Notes: generated from the sequence alone by a model not told the origin. A stretch of 64,000 nt of DNA from an uncultured virus (IMG/VR IMGVR_UViG_3300037343_000250) (IMGVR_UViG_3300037343_000250:1-64000), one strand, 5' to 3'; shown: positions 17,440-27,456, counted from the stretch's first letter. Program-made: numbers and translations.

Positions 17440-17726
17440 GTGACGTTGAAGTTCACTGAATACGGTTTGGACTCGGCTTCGAAGCCGACATCTCCACCAT
17501 AGATACATTGGTGATATTTTAATATCATTATTCTTAAATGAGTGTAACAATGTATCTATGCTGGGGATGAAATGGGATCGACAAACGGACTAAGCAGGAT
17601 GGAGTTGCCCCGATATAAGCTGGGTTAACGCGAATAAAACACTAAATGCAAATACTAATGCAAAACCAGAGATGCGCCTAGCAGCATAATCTCTTGCGGT
17701 CAGGGACGCCGTATTACCCAAGTCCC
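17440..17726 (+). ncRNA. ssrA: circularly permuted two-piece tmRNA; tag reading frame ANTNAKPEMRLAA (17648-17689)
   Basis: acceptor piece with T arm and CATCTCC-A-CCA (to 17499) precedes a hairpin spacer and the coding piece GGGGATGAAATGGGATCGAC (17563); G3.U70 pair; tag ends LAA-stop; TATAAATA at 17427. Confidence 0.92.
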
Positions 17727-17756
17727 AACTTTAATAAAAAGGACCACATTTCAGTA

Positions 17757-18308
17757 ATGAGTAATTTAAGAGAACTAACAAAAGTTCATCACACCAGAAC
17801 AGAAAAATCAAAATTCATTACGAAAATGCTGAAGCACCAGATAACTGTAGGCCAGTATTATGTTTACCTTTCAAATATGTGGTTGATGTACGATACACTC
17901 GAAAAACATGCACATAATTTCGGAATATTTGAAGATATCAAAGCTGTAAAACGATCCATACCGATAATGAAAGATTTGGAAGAATTAGAACTACTACATG
18001 GTTTTAAAATTCCAACTCCGTTTGATTCGACGGTAGCTTACCAAGAATATATTTTGAGTATATCTGGTGATGCAGAAAAACTTCTTTCACACGTATATGT
18101 ACATCATATGGGCGATCTTTCTGGTGGCCAAATATTGAAAAGATTTGTTTTCGGTTCTGCGCTTAGATACCAATTCGAAGGTGACTTGGATTTATTAAAG
18201 GCAAATATCCGTAGCAAACTTCATGATGGGCTTGCTGATGAAGCAATCGTTTGCTTTGATATGGTTAGAATATTTCTTGAAGAATTAGAAGAAAATAATT
18301 GGCAATAA
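17757..18308 (+). CDS. hemO: heme oxygenase
   Basis: LRELTKVHHTRTE (proximal His); HVYVHHMGDLSGGQILK; EAIVCF. Confidence 0.9.
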   Translation: MSNLRELTKVHHTRTEKSKFITKMLKHQITVGQYYVYLSNMWLMYDTLEKHAHNFGIFEDIKAVKRSIPIMKDLEELELLHGFKIPTPFDSTVAYQEYILSISGDAEKLLSHVYVHHMGDLSGGQILKRFVFGSALRYQFEGDLDLLKANIRSKLHDGLADEAIVCFDMVRIFLEELEENNWQ

Positions 18309-18418
18309 GCTAAATTAATAGTTGACATGTAACCCGCTAAGTGTTACATTAATACATCATATGCATTTATTAACAAATGCAAAGTATAAACCCCCACAGA
18401 AATATTTAAAGGAAAGAC

Positions 18419-18625
18419 ATGATGTCTGATATCGAAAACTCACAACTAAAATACACAAAAGAAAATGGCTATAGCGCATCCATCAATGGTGATGGGCCAC
18501 ACACAATATCATTTTTTGATGATGTTGGTGTAAAATTCCACACAGAAAAATATGTGGAATGCCCGTTTGTACTGGTAGTAAATGCTGCAAAATCTTGGGC
18601 GAACGGCAATAGGGCAATTATATGA
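18419..18625 (+). CDS. hypothetical protein
   Basis: AAGGA SD, intact ORF. Confidence 0.6.
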   Translation: MMSDIENSQLKYTKENGYSASINGDGPHTISFFDDVGVKFHTEKYVECPFVLVVNAAKSWANGNRAII

Positions 18626-18635
18626 AGGAAATGAA

Positions 18636-18836
18636 ATGCTAATACAAACTTTTTTTAAAGAATCCTCCAGCTCTGGGCATAGAGCAGAAATTCATGAAAA
18701 TGATGGGGTATTCACTGTAGAATGTTATTCTTCAAGTGGCGTCAACGTAAGAACAGGAAGTTCTATAAATGACATCAATACCGCCAAACATTATGCTGAA
18801 AACTGGCTATCTACTATCACGGTACTAAACGGATGA
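18636..18836 (+). CDS. hypothetical protein
   Basis: AAGGA SD before MLIQTFF; ends AENW-like, similar to the preceding ORF. Confidence 0.6.
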   Translation: MLIQTFFKESSSSGHRAEIHENDGVFTVECYSSSGVNVRTGSSINDINTAKHYAENWLSTITVLNG

Positions 18837-19093
18837 CCAGCGTGATAGACCATGCAAATCTTATAGCTTCAAAAACACCGGAAAGAGTACATCACGATAT
18901 TGCTGATATGCTATCTAAAGGTGTTTCGCATATAGATGCTTTGGTACTATATGCGAAACAAGAAAATATGGAAATTGAAACCTTAGCAGAAATTGTCAAG
19001 AAATCCTCACTGATATGTGAAAAAATAAAAGAAGAGGGAATCGTGCTAAGAATGGTAAAAAAAGATATAAAAAAATCCAACACACTTTTTTAG
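18833..19093 (+). CDS. 33: gp33-like late-transcription coactivator
   Basis: HIDALV.Y....MEIE...IV...L..EKIKEE....M pattern; position just before gene 32. Confidence 0.7.
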   Translation: MTSVIDHANLIASKTPERVHHDIADMLSKGVSHIDALVLYAKQENMEIETLAEIVKKSSLICEKIKEEGIVLRMVKKDIKKSNTLF

Positions 19094-19251
19094 AAAAGTG
19101 TGTTGACAATACAACACTATTTCTGTAATATAGAAAAATCAACATGCCAAAAGAATCCAGAGCATGTCATTGATGTATAAATAGAGTTGCTTAATAAGCA
19201 ATACTATTAAAAAAATCGCAAAAAATCGTAAAATATAGGAGATATGCCATT

Positions 19252-20235
19252 ATGGCTGCATTTAATTTTGATAAACTAAAAAAGAACCGTTCAAGCTCTT
19301 TTGATAAGCTGAACAAACAGTTGGAGGATGTTTCCTCTAAAGGCTATTCAAATCCTGATGAAGGAAAATATTGGAAGCCCACAACTGACACGGCAGGGAA
19401 TGGTTATGCCGTAATTAGATTTTTACCAGCACCAGAAGATGAAGATATTCCTTTTGTACGCCTTTGGAGTCATGGCTTCCAAGGTCCAACAGGACAATGG
19501 TACATCGAAAATTGCCTATCTACTCTAAAGCAAGACGACCCAGTTAATGAAATGAACAGCGATCTTTGGAATTCAAATATGGATGACAAGTCAGCCGAAC
19601 GTACACAGGCGCGAAAGCAAAAACGCAAACTAAGCTTCGTCTCTAATGTTTATGTTGTTTCTGATGCTGCAAAACCAGAAAATGAGGGTAAAGTGTTCTT
19701 GTTTAAATATGGCAAGAAAATCTTTGATAAGCTAAAAGAAGCCCCAAATCCGGAATTCGAAGGCGAAAAAGCGGTAGACCCGTTTGATCTTTGGGGTAAT
19801 GGTGCAAACTTCCGTCTAAAAATACGTAAGGTGGAAGGCTATCCAAACTACGACAAATCAGACTTTGCTGATCTAGCATCGCTTTTTGATAATGATGGCG
19901 AGTATGAAACCAAACTTACCAACGTACATTCACTACAAGAAGTAATAGATCCCAAGCAGTTCAAATCATACGATGAGCTTAAAGAAAAGCTACAGCGGGT
20001 GTTGAATCTTAATGGAAATGCGCGCAGCAAAGAAATGTCGGAATCTGCGGAAGAAGATGAAGGTGTTGATATGTCTAGATTTGCAACTTCATCTAAAGAA
20101 GACAAACCAAAAGAAAATGTGCAAGCAAAATCTTCATTTGAAAGCAATGCTACACAAGACAAATCTTCATACGATACAAACTCTGTTGAAGATGACGAAG
20201 ATATGGAATTTTTCAAGTCACTTGCCAAACGCTAA
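19252..20235 (+). CDS. 32: single-stranded DNA-binding protein gp32
   Basis: GNGYAVIRFLP, HGF.GP.GQWYIENC.STL, GKKIFDK, GANFRLKI, acidic tail. Confidence 0.97.
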   Translation: MAAFNFDKLKKNRSSSFDKLNKQLEDVSSKGYSNPDEGKYWKPTTDTAGNGYAVIRFLPAPEDEDIPFVRLWSHGFQGPTGQWYIENCLSTLKQDDPVNEMNSDLWNSNMDDKSAERTQARKQKRKLSFVSNVYVVSDAAKPENEGKVFLFKYGKKIFDKLKEAPNPEFEGEKAVDPFDLWGNGANFRLKIRKVEGYPNYDKSDFADLASLFDNDGEYETKLTNVHSLQEVIDPKQFKSYDELKEKLQRVLNLNGNARSKEMSESAEEDEGVDMSRFATSSKEDKPKENVQAKSSFESNATQDKSSYDTNSVEDDEDMEFFKSLAKR

Positions 20236-20289
20236 AAAGATGTGGGAGGGGCATTTCTCCTCCCACAACCTTCTTACTTGGAGAATAAA

Positions 20290-20574
20290 ATGAAAGAATA
20301 TCTAAAACCACAAGATGATGATTTTGGCTTTAGCTTTGTAGACGAAGATTTTGAAGAAGTAAAAATCGAAGTTTCCAGAATGAAAACACAAAACAAATCT
20401 GATGAAGAAATGATTGAAGATTTACAAAACCGTCTTAGGCTTATGTTTGATTCAATAAATCCGTTTCTCGAAAATCTCAAAAAAAATCCAGAAAAAACAA
20501 CTATATATTGGCCTGGCAGAACGGCAAAAATAGATGATTTTCAAGATAGACTACAAAAACTTTTAGTGGGTTAG
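20290..20574 (+). CDS. conserved-type T4-like hypothetical protein
   Basis: DDFGFSFVDED...PFLENLKKNPEK..IYWPGR. Confidence 0.7.
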   Translation: MKEYLKPQDDDFGFSFVDEDFEEVKIEVSRMKTQNKSDEEMIEDLQNRLRLMFDSINPFLENLKKNPEKTTIYWPGRTAKIDDFQDRLQKLLVG

Positions 20575-20617
20575 TGTCACCCACTCTAAAACAATCAACA
20601 AACAGAAAGGAATTGAC

Positions 20618-21538
20618 ATGAGTTCATTACTAGAACGAATGCAGAAATCAGGGGCAATCAAAACTTCTGCCATACTTAGCGAGTCTACATTTTTCAATAC
20701 CAAAGATGTTATTCCTACCGACCTACCAATTTTGAACATCGCATTTAGTGGTTCGTTAGATGGGGGCCTTATACCTGGGCTTACAGTGTTCGCTGGCCTA
20801 AGCAAAAGCTTCAAAACATTGCTGGCACTATATTGTATGAAGGCATATTTTAACAAATATCCTGATGCAGTCGCACTTCTTTACGATTCGGAATTTGGCG
20901 TCACACCAGATTATTTGGCGACAAATGGCATTGATGCTGGTAGGGTTATACATATACCAGTTGAGCATGTAGAGCAATTGAAATTTGATATTGTGAAACG
21001 GCTCGAAGAAATTAAACGTGGTGATAAAGTTTTCATCATGGTGGATTCTTTGGGAAACCTTGCTTCTAAAAAAGAAGTAGATGATGCGGAAAATGAAAAG
21101 TCAGTAGCAGATATGTCAAGAGCAAAAGCTATTCGTTCTTTGCTAAGAATCATAACTCCACACTTGACTATGAAAGATTTGCCATGTATACTGATAAATC
21201 ATGTATATACTGAAATTGGCCCAATGTATGCAAAAACTATCATCCCAGGAGGTTGCTTGGCCAAAAATACCAATATTGTAATGCATGATGGTTCTCTTAG
21301 AAAAGTTCAAGACATTTCAGCAGGTGATGAGGTTTTGACATTGGAAGGCCCCAAGGAAGTTATAGAATCTTGGAACCCAAACACATTAGAAAATGGAACC
21401 CCAGAGTGTTTTGAAATTATATTTGAAGATGATCATTCTGTAGTATGTTCACACAACCACCCGTTTTTGACAACAAAGGGTTGGGTCAAGGCGAGTGAAC
21501 TCACTGATTCCCATGATATCGTTTCATTAGACGTATAG
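20618..21538 (+). CDS. uvsX: UvsX recombinase N-terminal part fused to split-intein N fragment (IntN 21254-21535)
   Basis: GLSKSFKT P-loop; YDSEFG; DSLGNLASKKE; then GG|CLAKNT...VCSHNHPFLT..GW (intein blocks A and B). Confidence 0.93.
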   Translation: MSSLLERMQKSGAIKTSAILSESTFFNTKDVIPTDLPILNIAFSGSLDGGLIPGLTVFAGLSKSFKTLLALYCMKAYFNKYPDAVALLYDSEFGVTPDYLATNGIDAGRVIHIPVEHVEQLKFDIVKRLEEIKRGDKVFIMVDSLGNLASKKEVDDAENEKSVADMSRAKAIRSLLRIITPHLTMKDLPCILINHVYTEIGPMYAKTIIPGGCLAKNTNIVMHDGSLRKVQDISAGDEVLTLEGPKEVIESWNPNTLENGTPECFEIIFEDDHSVVCSHNHPFLTTKGWVKASELTDSHDIVSLDV

Positions 21539-21586
21539 AAAAGTCCGTTCTTATAAATAAACTTATGCGACGTATAGGATTATTAA

Positions 21587-22555
21587 ATGAACGTAGTTTA
21601 CATGACAATTATAAAAGATAGAAAAGAAAAAAATTTAGAGCCGTATTATTATATCGGCTCTAAAGCAAACTGCTTTTTTGACGGTACTAATATAATAACA
21701 AATTCTGGGAAAAAATATTTCGGTTCATCCAGATGGAAAGGATATAAACAATTATGTATTGAAGGTGATGTAGAAACCATAATTCTTGGTTATTTTGAAG
21801 ATTATGACAATGCATTAGATTTCGAAAAAAATCTACACATTTTTTTGGATGTTGTATCTGATACGAAATATTTCAATAAAGCAGTGGCCACCATATCAAA
21901 TTATTCAAACCCAGAATATGGCACATATCGAAATGCCAGAACGGGCGATTTCGTCAAATTAAAAAAAGATCATCCTCTGGTCATAAACGGGGAGTACGTA
22001 AATGCAAATTATGGATATAAAACCTATAACGACGGCAATGTAGAGAAACAATTTTTGGATGAACCGCCTGATGGTTGGAGTAAGGGCCGTATTGATTCAA
22101 ACAAGAGATATGGCGAAGATTCTTCATTCTACGGTAAAATGCACACCCAAGATTCTAAATGTAAAATGTTGGTTACAAGAAAAAACTTTTACGATGAAAA
22201 TCCAGAACGATATGCCGAAGTTAAAAAAATAAATTCTGAAGTTGCCATAAAGAATTTCAGAGGAGTTCCAAAAAGCCCCGAATCTAATAAAAAGAGATCG
22301 AGGAAAGATATGATAATGTTAAAAAATAAAAACACTGGCGTTGCTATTCGAATAAAAAAAGAAGAAATGTGTGACTATGATTTGACAATATGGCAAAATC
22401 CGTATAAACTTGCTCATGAAGGTAAACCAAATAAGTCCCGTTGGGCTACCAATGGCGATTCAAATATTAAATTGAAAGCAGAAGAGCCTTTGCCAAAAGG
22501 TTTCTATTATGGTCGTAAAAATCGGTATAAAAAGGATGAAAGACTTGAAAATTAA
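21587..22555 (+). CDS. free-standing GIY-YIG (Seg-like) homing endonuclease
   Basis: VVYM...YYYIGSK, YFGSS, E..LH....V.....YFN; NUMOD-like repeats; TATAAATA at 21552. Confidence 0.8.
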   Translation: MNVVYMTIIKDRKEKNLEPYYYIGSKANCFFDGTNIITNSGKKYFGSSRWKGYKQLCIEGDVETIILGYFEDYDNALDFEKNLHIFLDVVSDTKYFNKAVATISNYSNPEYGTYRNARTGDFVKLKKDHPLVINGEYVNANYGYKTYNDGNVEKQFLDEPPDGWSKGRIDSNKRYGEDSSFYGKMHTQDSKCKMLVTRKNFYDENPERYAEVKKINSEVAIKNFRGVPKSPESNKKRSRKDMIMLKNKNTGVAIRIKKEEMCDYDLTIWQNPYKLAHEGKPNKSRWATNGDSNIKLKAEEPLPKGFYYGRKNRYKKDERLEN

Positions 22556-23081
22556 ATCTATTAAGAGTGTAGGAAAAAAAGAAGTATATGATATAACAGT
22601 GAAAGATGTTCATCATTATGTGTTGGAAAATGGGGTAGTAACACATAATACAGCGGTAACTTACTCATCAAATCAAATTTTTGTGATTGGCAAAGCGCAA
22701 GAAAAAGAAGGTACAGAAATCGCTGGATACAAATTCACAATCAATATTGAAAAATCAAGATTTGTGAGAGAAAAAGCCAAACTGCCATTTACAGTATTGT
22801 ATGAGACAGGCATCCAAAAATGGTCATCACTTTTCGATTTGGCTATAGAATATGGTAGCATCGTAAAGATAAACCAAGGGTGGTATAGCACTGTAGATAT
22901 GGAAACAGGCGAGATCAATGAAAGCAAAAGACGCGCCAAAGACATTGAAACAGATGACAAATTTTTCAAAAAGTTGATATCGGACCCAGTATTTAAGAAA
23001 TTTATTGAAAGCAAGTTTAAAATGAATCAAAACGGAGTCATACCCAATGATGATGTGGAGGTGGATGAAGAAGAGGAATAA
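22545..23081 (+). CDS. uvsX: split-intein C fragment (22545-22649) fused to UvsX C-terminal part
   Basis: KIKSIKSVGKKEVYDITV..VHHYVLENGVVTHN|TAVTYSSNQIF...EKSRFVREK; TTG start inferred from SD spacing (ATG 22536 is the alternative). Confidence 0.92.
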   Translation: MKIKSIKSVGKKEVYDITVKDVHHYVLENGVVTHNTAVTYSSNQIFVIGKAQEKEGTEIAGYKFTINIEKSRFVREKAKLPFTVLYETGIQKWSSLFDLAIEYGSIVKINQGWYSTVDMETGEINESKRRAKDIETDDKFFKKLISDPVFKKFIESKFKMNQNGVIPNDDVEVDEEEE

Positions 23082-23086
23082 TAAGA

Positions 23087-24469
23087 ATGTCATTGGAAAA
23101 CACTATACTTGCCAACTTACTATACAATGTTGAATACTTCCAAAAGGTTTTTCCATACATCAAAGAAGATTATTTTGACGACATATCTTCGAAAAAAATA
23201 CTGGACACATTTTCTATTTTAGTAGAAAAATACAAAGTAACACCTTCCAAAGAAGCCTTGGCGGTTTCTTTGGAAGGTAGAAAAGACCTAAACGAAAATC
23301 TATTTAAAGAAGTTATTGACAAGTTATCAGAACTGAAAGTTGACCCTGAAACCAATATTGATTGGTTGGTAGACGAGACAGAAAAATTCTGCCAAGATAA
23401 AGACCTTTTCAATTCAATTAGAAAATCTATCCTAATTCTAGATGGCAAAGACCAAGAGTTAGACAAAGGCGCAATCCCCGATCTTCTTTCAAAGTCACTG
23501 TCAATTAGTTTCGATAGTCATATCGGGCACGATTTCCTTGAAGATTTTGAATCGCGGTTTGAATACTATCATAGAAAAGAAGAACGCATTCCCTTTGATC
23601 TTGATATGTTCAATACCATCACTAAGGGTGGATTGCCAAAGAAGTCACTTACATTATTCTTAGGTGCGACTGGTACAGGCAAAAGTATTGTAAAGTGCCA
23701 TATGGCGGCGGCACATTTACTTTTTGGCAAAAATGTTCTGTATATTACGGCAGAATTGAGTGAGGAAGAAGTAGGTAGAAGAATTGATGCCAATATTTTA
23801 GACATAACACTTGATGAAATAATGGATCTACCTTTTACTGCATATACCAAAAAAATAAACAAATTCAAAGAGAATACACCTGGGAAATTGGTTATCAAAG
23901 AGTATCCTACAAGTTCTGCGCATGTTGGGCATTTCAGAAATCTATTGAATGAATTGCGACAAAAGAAAAACTTCAAACCTGACATCATATTTTTAGACTA
24001 CATAAATATATGTGCATCATCCAGAATTCGAGGGGCTGCGGCTGCGAATTCATATACTTTAGTGAAGTCAATAGCAGAAGAAGTTAGAGGCTTGGCGGTA
24101 GAGTATAATGTCCCTATTGTATCAAGTTCACAATTAAACAGGTCTGGGTTTGGAAATTCGGACGTAGATTTGACAAATACTTCAGAATGTATATACAAAC
24201 ATGAAAAAGTAACCAAATCGAATGGGGATGTAATCGAAATACAACACCTAATGCCCAACGATAGGGTACAGACTGAAGATGGTACTAAAATAGTAACAAT
24301 GGTACATCATCCCAAGTTAAAAGATTGTATATCCATAAAGACAAAAAAAGGAAAAACCATAATTGTTAGTAAAGACCATGTTTTCCCATCTAAATCAATA
24401 GACGGTCGTGTATCGAGACTTTCTTACAACGAAGGTTTGGATGTGGGCTCTTTCTTGAATAGCAAGTGA
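23087..24469 (+). CDS. 41: gp41 replicative helicase N-terminal part fused to split-intein N fragment (24188-24466)
   Basis: GATGTGKS; IKEYPT; DYINIC; QLNRSG; NTSE|CIYKHEKV...IIVSKDHVFPS...GLDVGSFL. Confidence 0.93.
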   Translation: MSLENTILANLLYNVEYFQKVFPYIKEDYFDDISSKKILDTFSILVEKYKVTPSKEALAVSLEGRKDLNENLFKEVIDKLSELKVDPETNIDWLVDETEKFCQDKDLFNSIRKSILILDGKDQELDKGAIPDLLSKSLSISFDSHIGHDFLEDFESRFEYYHRKEERIPFDLDMFNTITKGGLPKKSLTLFLGATGTGKSIVKCHMAAAHLLFGKNVLYITAELSEEEVGRRIDANILDITLDEIMDLPFTAYTKKINKFKENTPGKLVIKEYPTSSAHVGHFRNLLNELRQKKNFKPDIIFLDYINICASSRIRGAAAANSYTLVKSIAEEVRGLAVEYNVPIVSSSQLNRSGFGNSDVDLTNTSECIYKHEKVTKSNGDVIEIQHLMPNDRVQTEDGTKIVTMVHHPKLKDCISIKTKKGKTIIVSKDHVFPSKSIDGRVSRLSYNEGLDVGSFLNSK

Positions 24470-24479
24470 AAGGTAGTAT

Positions 24480-25052
24480 ATGATGAATGAAAAATTGGAA
24501 TCCGTATGTTATCTAAAAGCAGAGCATATGATAATCAACGGAATGGTAAAAGATATGGATGTGTTTCAGCTAACAGATCTATTGATATCCATAGAAATTG
24601 AAAAGATAGAAAAGCAGCAAATAGAAGACTGCAAAATAGACTATGATGATGAGATCGTAGAGATTTCAGAAGTTGGTGAATTAGAAACTGTTGATATATC
24701 TGTAACCGGAAACCAGCTATTCTATTGCAACGACATATTAACAAAAAATAGTATGGGCATAACACATACAGCGGATGCCATATTTGCCTTAATAACATCG
24801 GAAGATCTTGAAAATATGGGGCAACTCATGATCAAGCAGCTAAAAAATAGATGGGGTGATATCAATGTAAATCGTAGATTTGTGATAGGTCTTGATAAGC
24901 CAAGAATGAAACTGCGCAATTTAGATGCAAGTGTCCAAAAAACAGTAATGAATGAGAATAATAGTCATACTGAAAATATAAGTCAAGACAATAACTATAA
25001 TAACATACATAAGATTAAGAAAAACAAATTATTTGATGTAGGAGATTTTTAA
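24480..25052 (+). CDS. 41: extended split-intein C fragment (to 24749) fused to gp41 C-terminal part
   Basis: DEIVEISEVGELETVDISVTGNQLFYCNDILTKN|SMGITHTAD...KQLKNRWGD. Confidence 0.92.
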   Translation: MMNEKLESVCYLKAEHMIINGMVKDMDVFQLTDLLISIEIEKIEKQQIEDCKIDYDDEIVEISEVGELETVDISVTGNQLFYCNDILTKNSMGITHTADAIFALITSEDLENMGQLMIKQLKNRWGDINVNRRFVIGLDKPRMKLRNLDASVQKTVMNENNSHTENISQDNNYNNIHKIKKNKLFDVGDF

Positions 25053-25246
25053 TGAGCTATACTGTTATACGCAACGAAAAGCAGCATTTTGATATTGTAG
25101 AAAAGGTGACGCAGACGACTATTAAATTAAGTGCAAATGAAACAAGTGCAGAAAACATTTGCAAAAATCTTAACACAGGTGCTGGATTCCGTGGTTTCAC
25201 GCCACATTTTTTTGCGGATTTGAATTTTAAAAGGATTAAAACATGA
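25052..25246 (+). CDS. hypothetical protein
   Basis: coupled ORF; LN.GAGF.GFTP.FF motif. Confidence 0.7.
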   Translation: MSYTVIRNEKQHFDIVEKVTQTTIKLSANETSAENICKNLNTGAGFRGFTPHFFADLNFKRIKT

Positions 25247-25779
25247 TTATTATAGAAGGCAGGGAAGAAACTTTTGATGTCGTTAGGTCAAAAATTGAGG
25301 CTCTTAAAGGATCTTATTTGGTTGACATAGATACCATAACAAAAGTCCAGCTAAAAGGTGGAAAAAAGAATCCAATGCAAGGCAAAGTAACTAAGTTGGT
25401 CGCTGGTTCTAAAGTTGTTTTGTGCTCAAATGTAAAGAATGCTTATGAAAGTATGGTAAAATCCCGCATGGAAAAAGAAGGCAAAGACCCTGAAGAATTT
25501 GTTCTCAAACCACGCCCATGGGGAAGTAGAATCGAAGACACGCCTTTTGTAGAACACAAAGGCAACTTTTACATAGAGTGCTTTTTTAAAGAATCTGGTG
25601 CTTCGACATATTTCTTAGATGGCGAACCAATTGAAAAAGATGATATTGAAGGGTTGGAGCCTCCTAAATCGTCAGAAGAATCACAAGGTGGTATCAGTGA
25701 CAAGGTTATTATCCGAACATATGCCATGGAATCGATTGAAAGAATGGTTGTTCTTTCAGAAATACAAAATATAGAGTGA
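25243..25779 (+). CDS. conserved-type phage hypothetical protein
   Basis: KGGKKNPMQG...YE.MV..R..KEG..F....RPWG. Confidence 0.75.
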   Translation: MIIIEGREETFDVVRSKIEALKGSYLVDIDTITKVQLKGGKKNPMQGKVTKLVAGSKVVLCSNVKNAYESMVKSRMEKEGKDPEEFVLKPRPWGSRIEDTPFVEHKGNFYIECFFKESGASTYFLDGEPIEKDDIEGLEPPKSSEESQGGISDKVIIRTYAMESIERMVVLSEIQNIE

Positions 25780-25794
25780 TGGGAAATATAACGC

Positions 25795-27417
25795 ATGGAT
25801 GAAGATATCAACAAGCAAGACGAGGATAAAAACCAACAAATAGTAGACCTCTACAAAACTATCATAGCAGAAAAGAAAGGGTTGCCTGTATATAAAGATT
25901 TTCTTGTGCATGGCATAACCAGAGATATACTAAGAGGAAGATTTGGTGGAATAGAAACCCTTCATCAATTTGTAAAAGACAATCACGAAGAATTTCTTTC
26001 AGAGCATTTCTTTTCAGTTGATGACATATTTGCATCTAATAAAAACTTGATTAACAGCAACAAAAAAGTGTTTATTGTAACTACTGCGGTAGGAAACTGT
26101 AAGGCCCATCACGGGTTTCTTGATGCTATTAAGACATTTTGCAAAAGAAATGATGCGCAGGCTGCAATCATGCCTTGTGAAAGCATAACCAATAGTTTCG
26201 AAAACAAAACTGCAGTTTTTGATCCAGTATTCAGTGATCCCTCATATTTGTTTGTTCAAGCAGACACGCCATTAAACGAAAACATTTCGCTATGTAGTAT
26301 TCAAGTTTCGGCAAAACAAATTAAACCAATTACTGGGTTATCACGACTCGGAAACCGTGAAGGGTCTAATATTTTTGCAAGTCCTAAACAATTCTTAGAA
26401 TATATTCCTGCTGGGAACAGTAGAGGTAAAAACTATTCAATAATGACAACAGGTGCTTGTACTTTACCTCAATACTATTCTGATTTTTTTATGTCAAAGA
26501 GATTGTCATATATTGCAGATTTCGACCACAAGATGGGTGCTATAATTGTAGAAATTGAAGATGATAAGTTATTTCATTTTAGACAAATACAATGTGATGA
26601 AAGCGGTGCTTTTGTTGATCTTGGTAAGATGTATATGCCAAATGGTCAGGTCAAAGACATACCAATTAATATTGTATTTGGGGATCTTCATGGAACAAGT
26701 GTGGATAAAGACGCACTTGATGCATTCATCAACACCTTTTCAAAAATGAAAGTAAAAAGCATTTATCTACATGATGTATTTGATGGGTACAGTATTAGCC
26801 ATCATGTCAAATCTATAGTAGAAAGAAGCCAAAGGGCATTGAGCGGCGAAGAAGATTTGCATGATGAGCTCGAACAAACCTTCGATTTAATTAAAAGCAT
26901 TGATATTGCTTTAAAACCAAGCAAGATATATATCGTAAAATCTAACCACGATGAATTTCTCACAAGATACATATCAAGCGGTAGATATGTTGAAGACCCC
27001 AAAAACCACTACCTATCATTGAAGATTGCAACTGCACTTTTTGAAGATGAAGACGTGTTGAAGCGCGGGTTCAAGTTGACTAATAATAAGATACCTAATA
27101 GTTGGGTTTTCTTATCAAGGGATGACTCTTCAAAGGTAGCAAATATAGAATGTGGTTCTCATGGCGATTTGGGGTTGAATGGTGCTAAACCATCACTTAA
27201 TGGCTTAGAACAGGTGTATGGTGATTGTGTGGTAGGACATAACCACACAGGCGCAATACAAAGGGGAGTGTTTAGAGTTGGTACTGTTTCCAAACTAGAT
27301 TTAGGCTATAATAGAGGGCCTTCATCTTGGACTCACACCTCTTGCTTGGTGGCAGAAAATGGGCAGAGACAGCTTATTAATGTCATAAATGGAAAATGCA
27401 CCAATTTGCAGTTGTGA
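25795..27417 (+). CDS. large calcineurin-like metallophosphoesterase
   Basis: GDLHG, HDVFDG, SNHDE, HGD, GHNH. Confidence 0.75.
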   Translation: MDEDINKQDEDKNQQIVDLYKTIIAEKKGLPVYKDFLVHGITRDILRGRFGGIETLHQFVKDNHEEFLSEHFFSVDDIFASNKNLINSNKKVFIVTTAVGNCKAHHGFLDAIKTFCKRNDAQAAIMPCESITNSFENKTAVFDPVFSDPSYLFVQADTPLNENISLCSIQVSAKQIKPITGLSRLGNREGSNIFASPKQFLEYIPAGNSRGKNYSIMTTGACTLPQYYSDFFMSKRLSYIADFDHKMGAIIVEIEDDKLFHFRQIQCDESGAFVDLGKMYMPNGQVKDIPINIVFGDLHGTSVDKDALDAFINTFSKMKVKSIYLHDVFDGYSISHHVKSIVERSQRALSGEEDLHDELEQTFDLIKSIDIALKPSKIYIVKSNHDEFLTRYISSGRYVEDPKNHYLSLKIATALFEDEDVLKRGFKLTNNKIPNSWVFLSRDDSSKVANIECGSHGDLGLNGAKPSLNGLEQVYGDCVVGHNHTGAIQRGVFRVGTVSKLDLGYNRGPSSWTHTSCLVAENGQRQLINVINGKCTNLQL

Positions 27418-27420
27418 GAA

Positions 27421-27456
27421 AAGAGGCGACCAGTATAACCAACTGGTCGCCTTTTA
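27421..27456 (+). terminator. rho-independent terminator
   Basis: GGCGACCAGT-loop-ACTGGTCGCC-TTTT. Confidence 0.75.

Noticed and set aside
17694..17756. N-terminal extension of heme oxygenase in the ORF track
   Set aside because: It overlaps the tmRNA 3' end; the AAGGA SD and family alignment favour ATG 17757.
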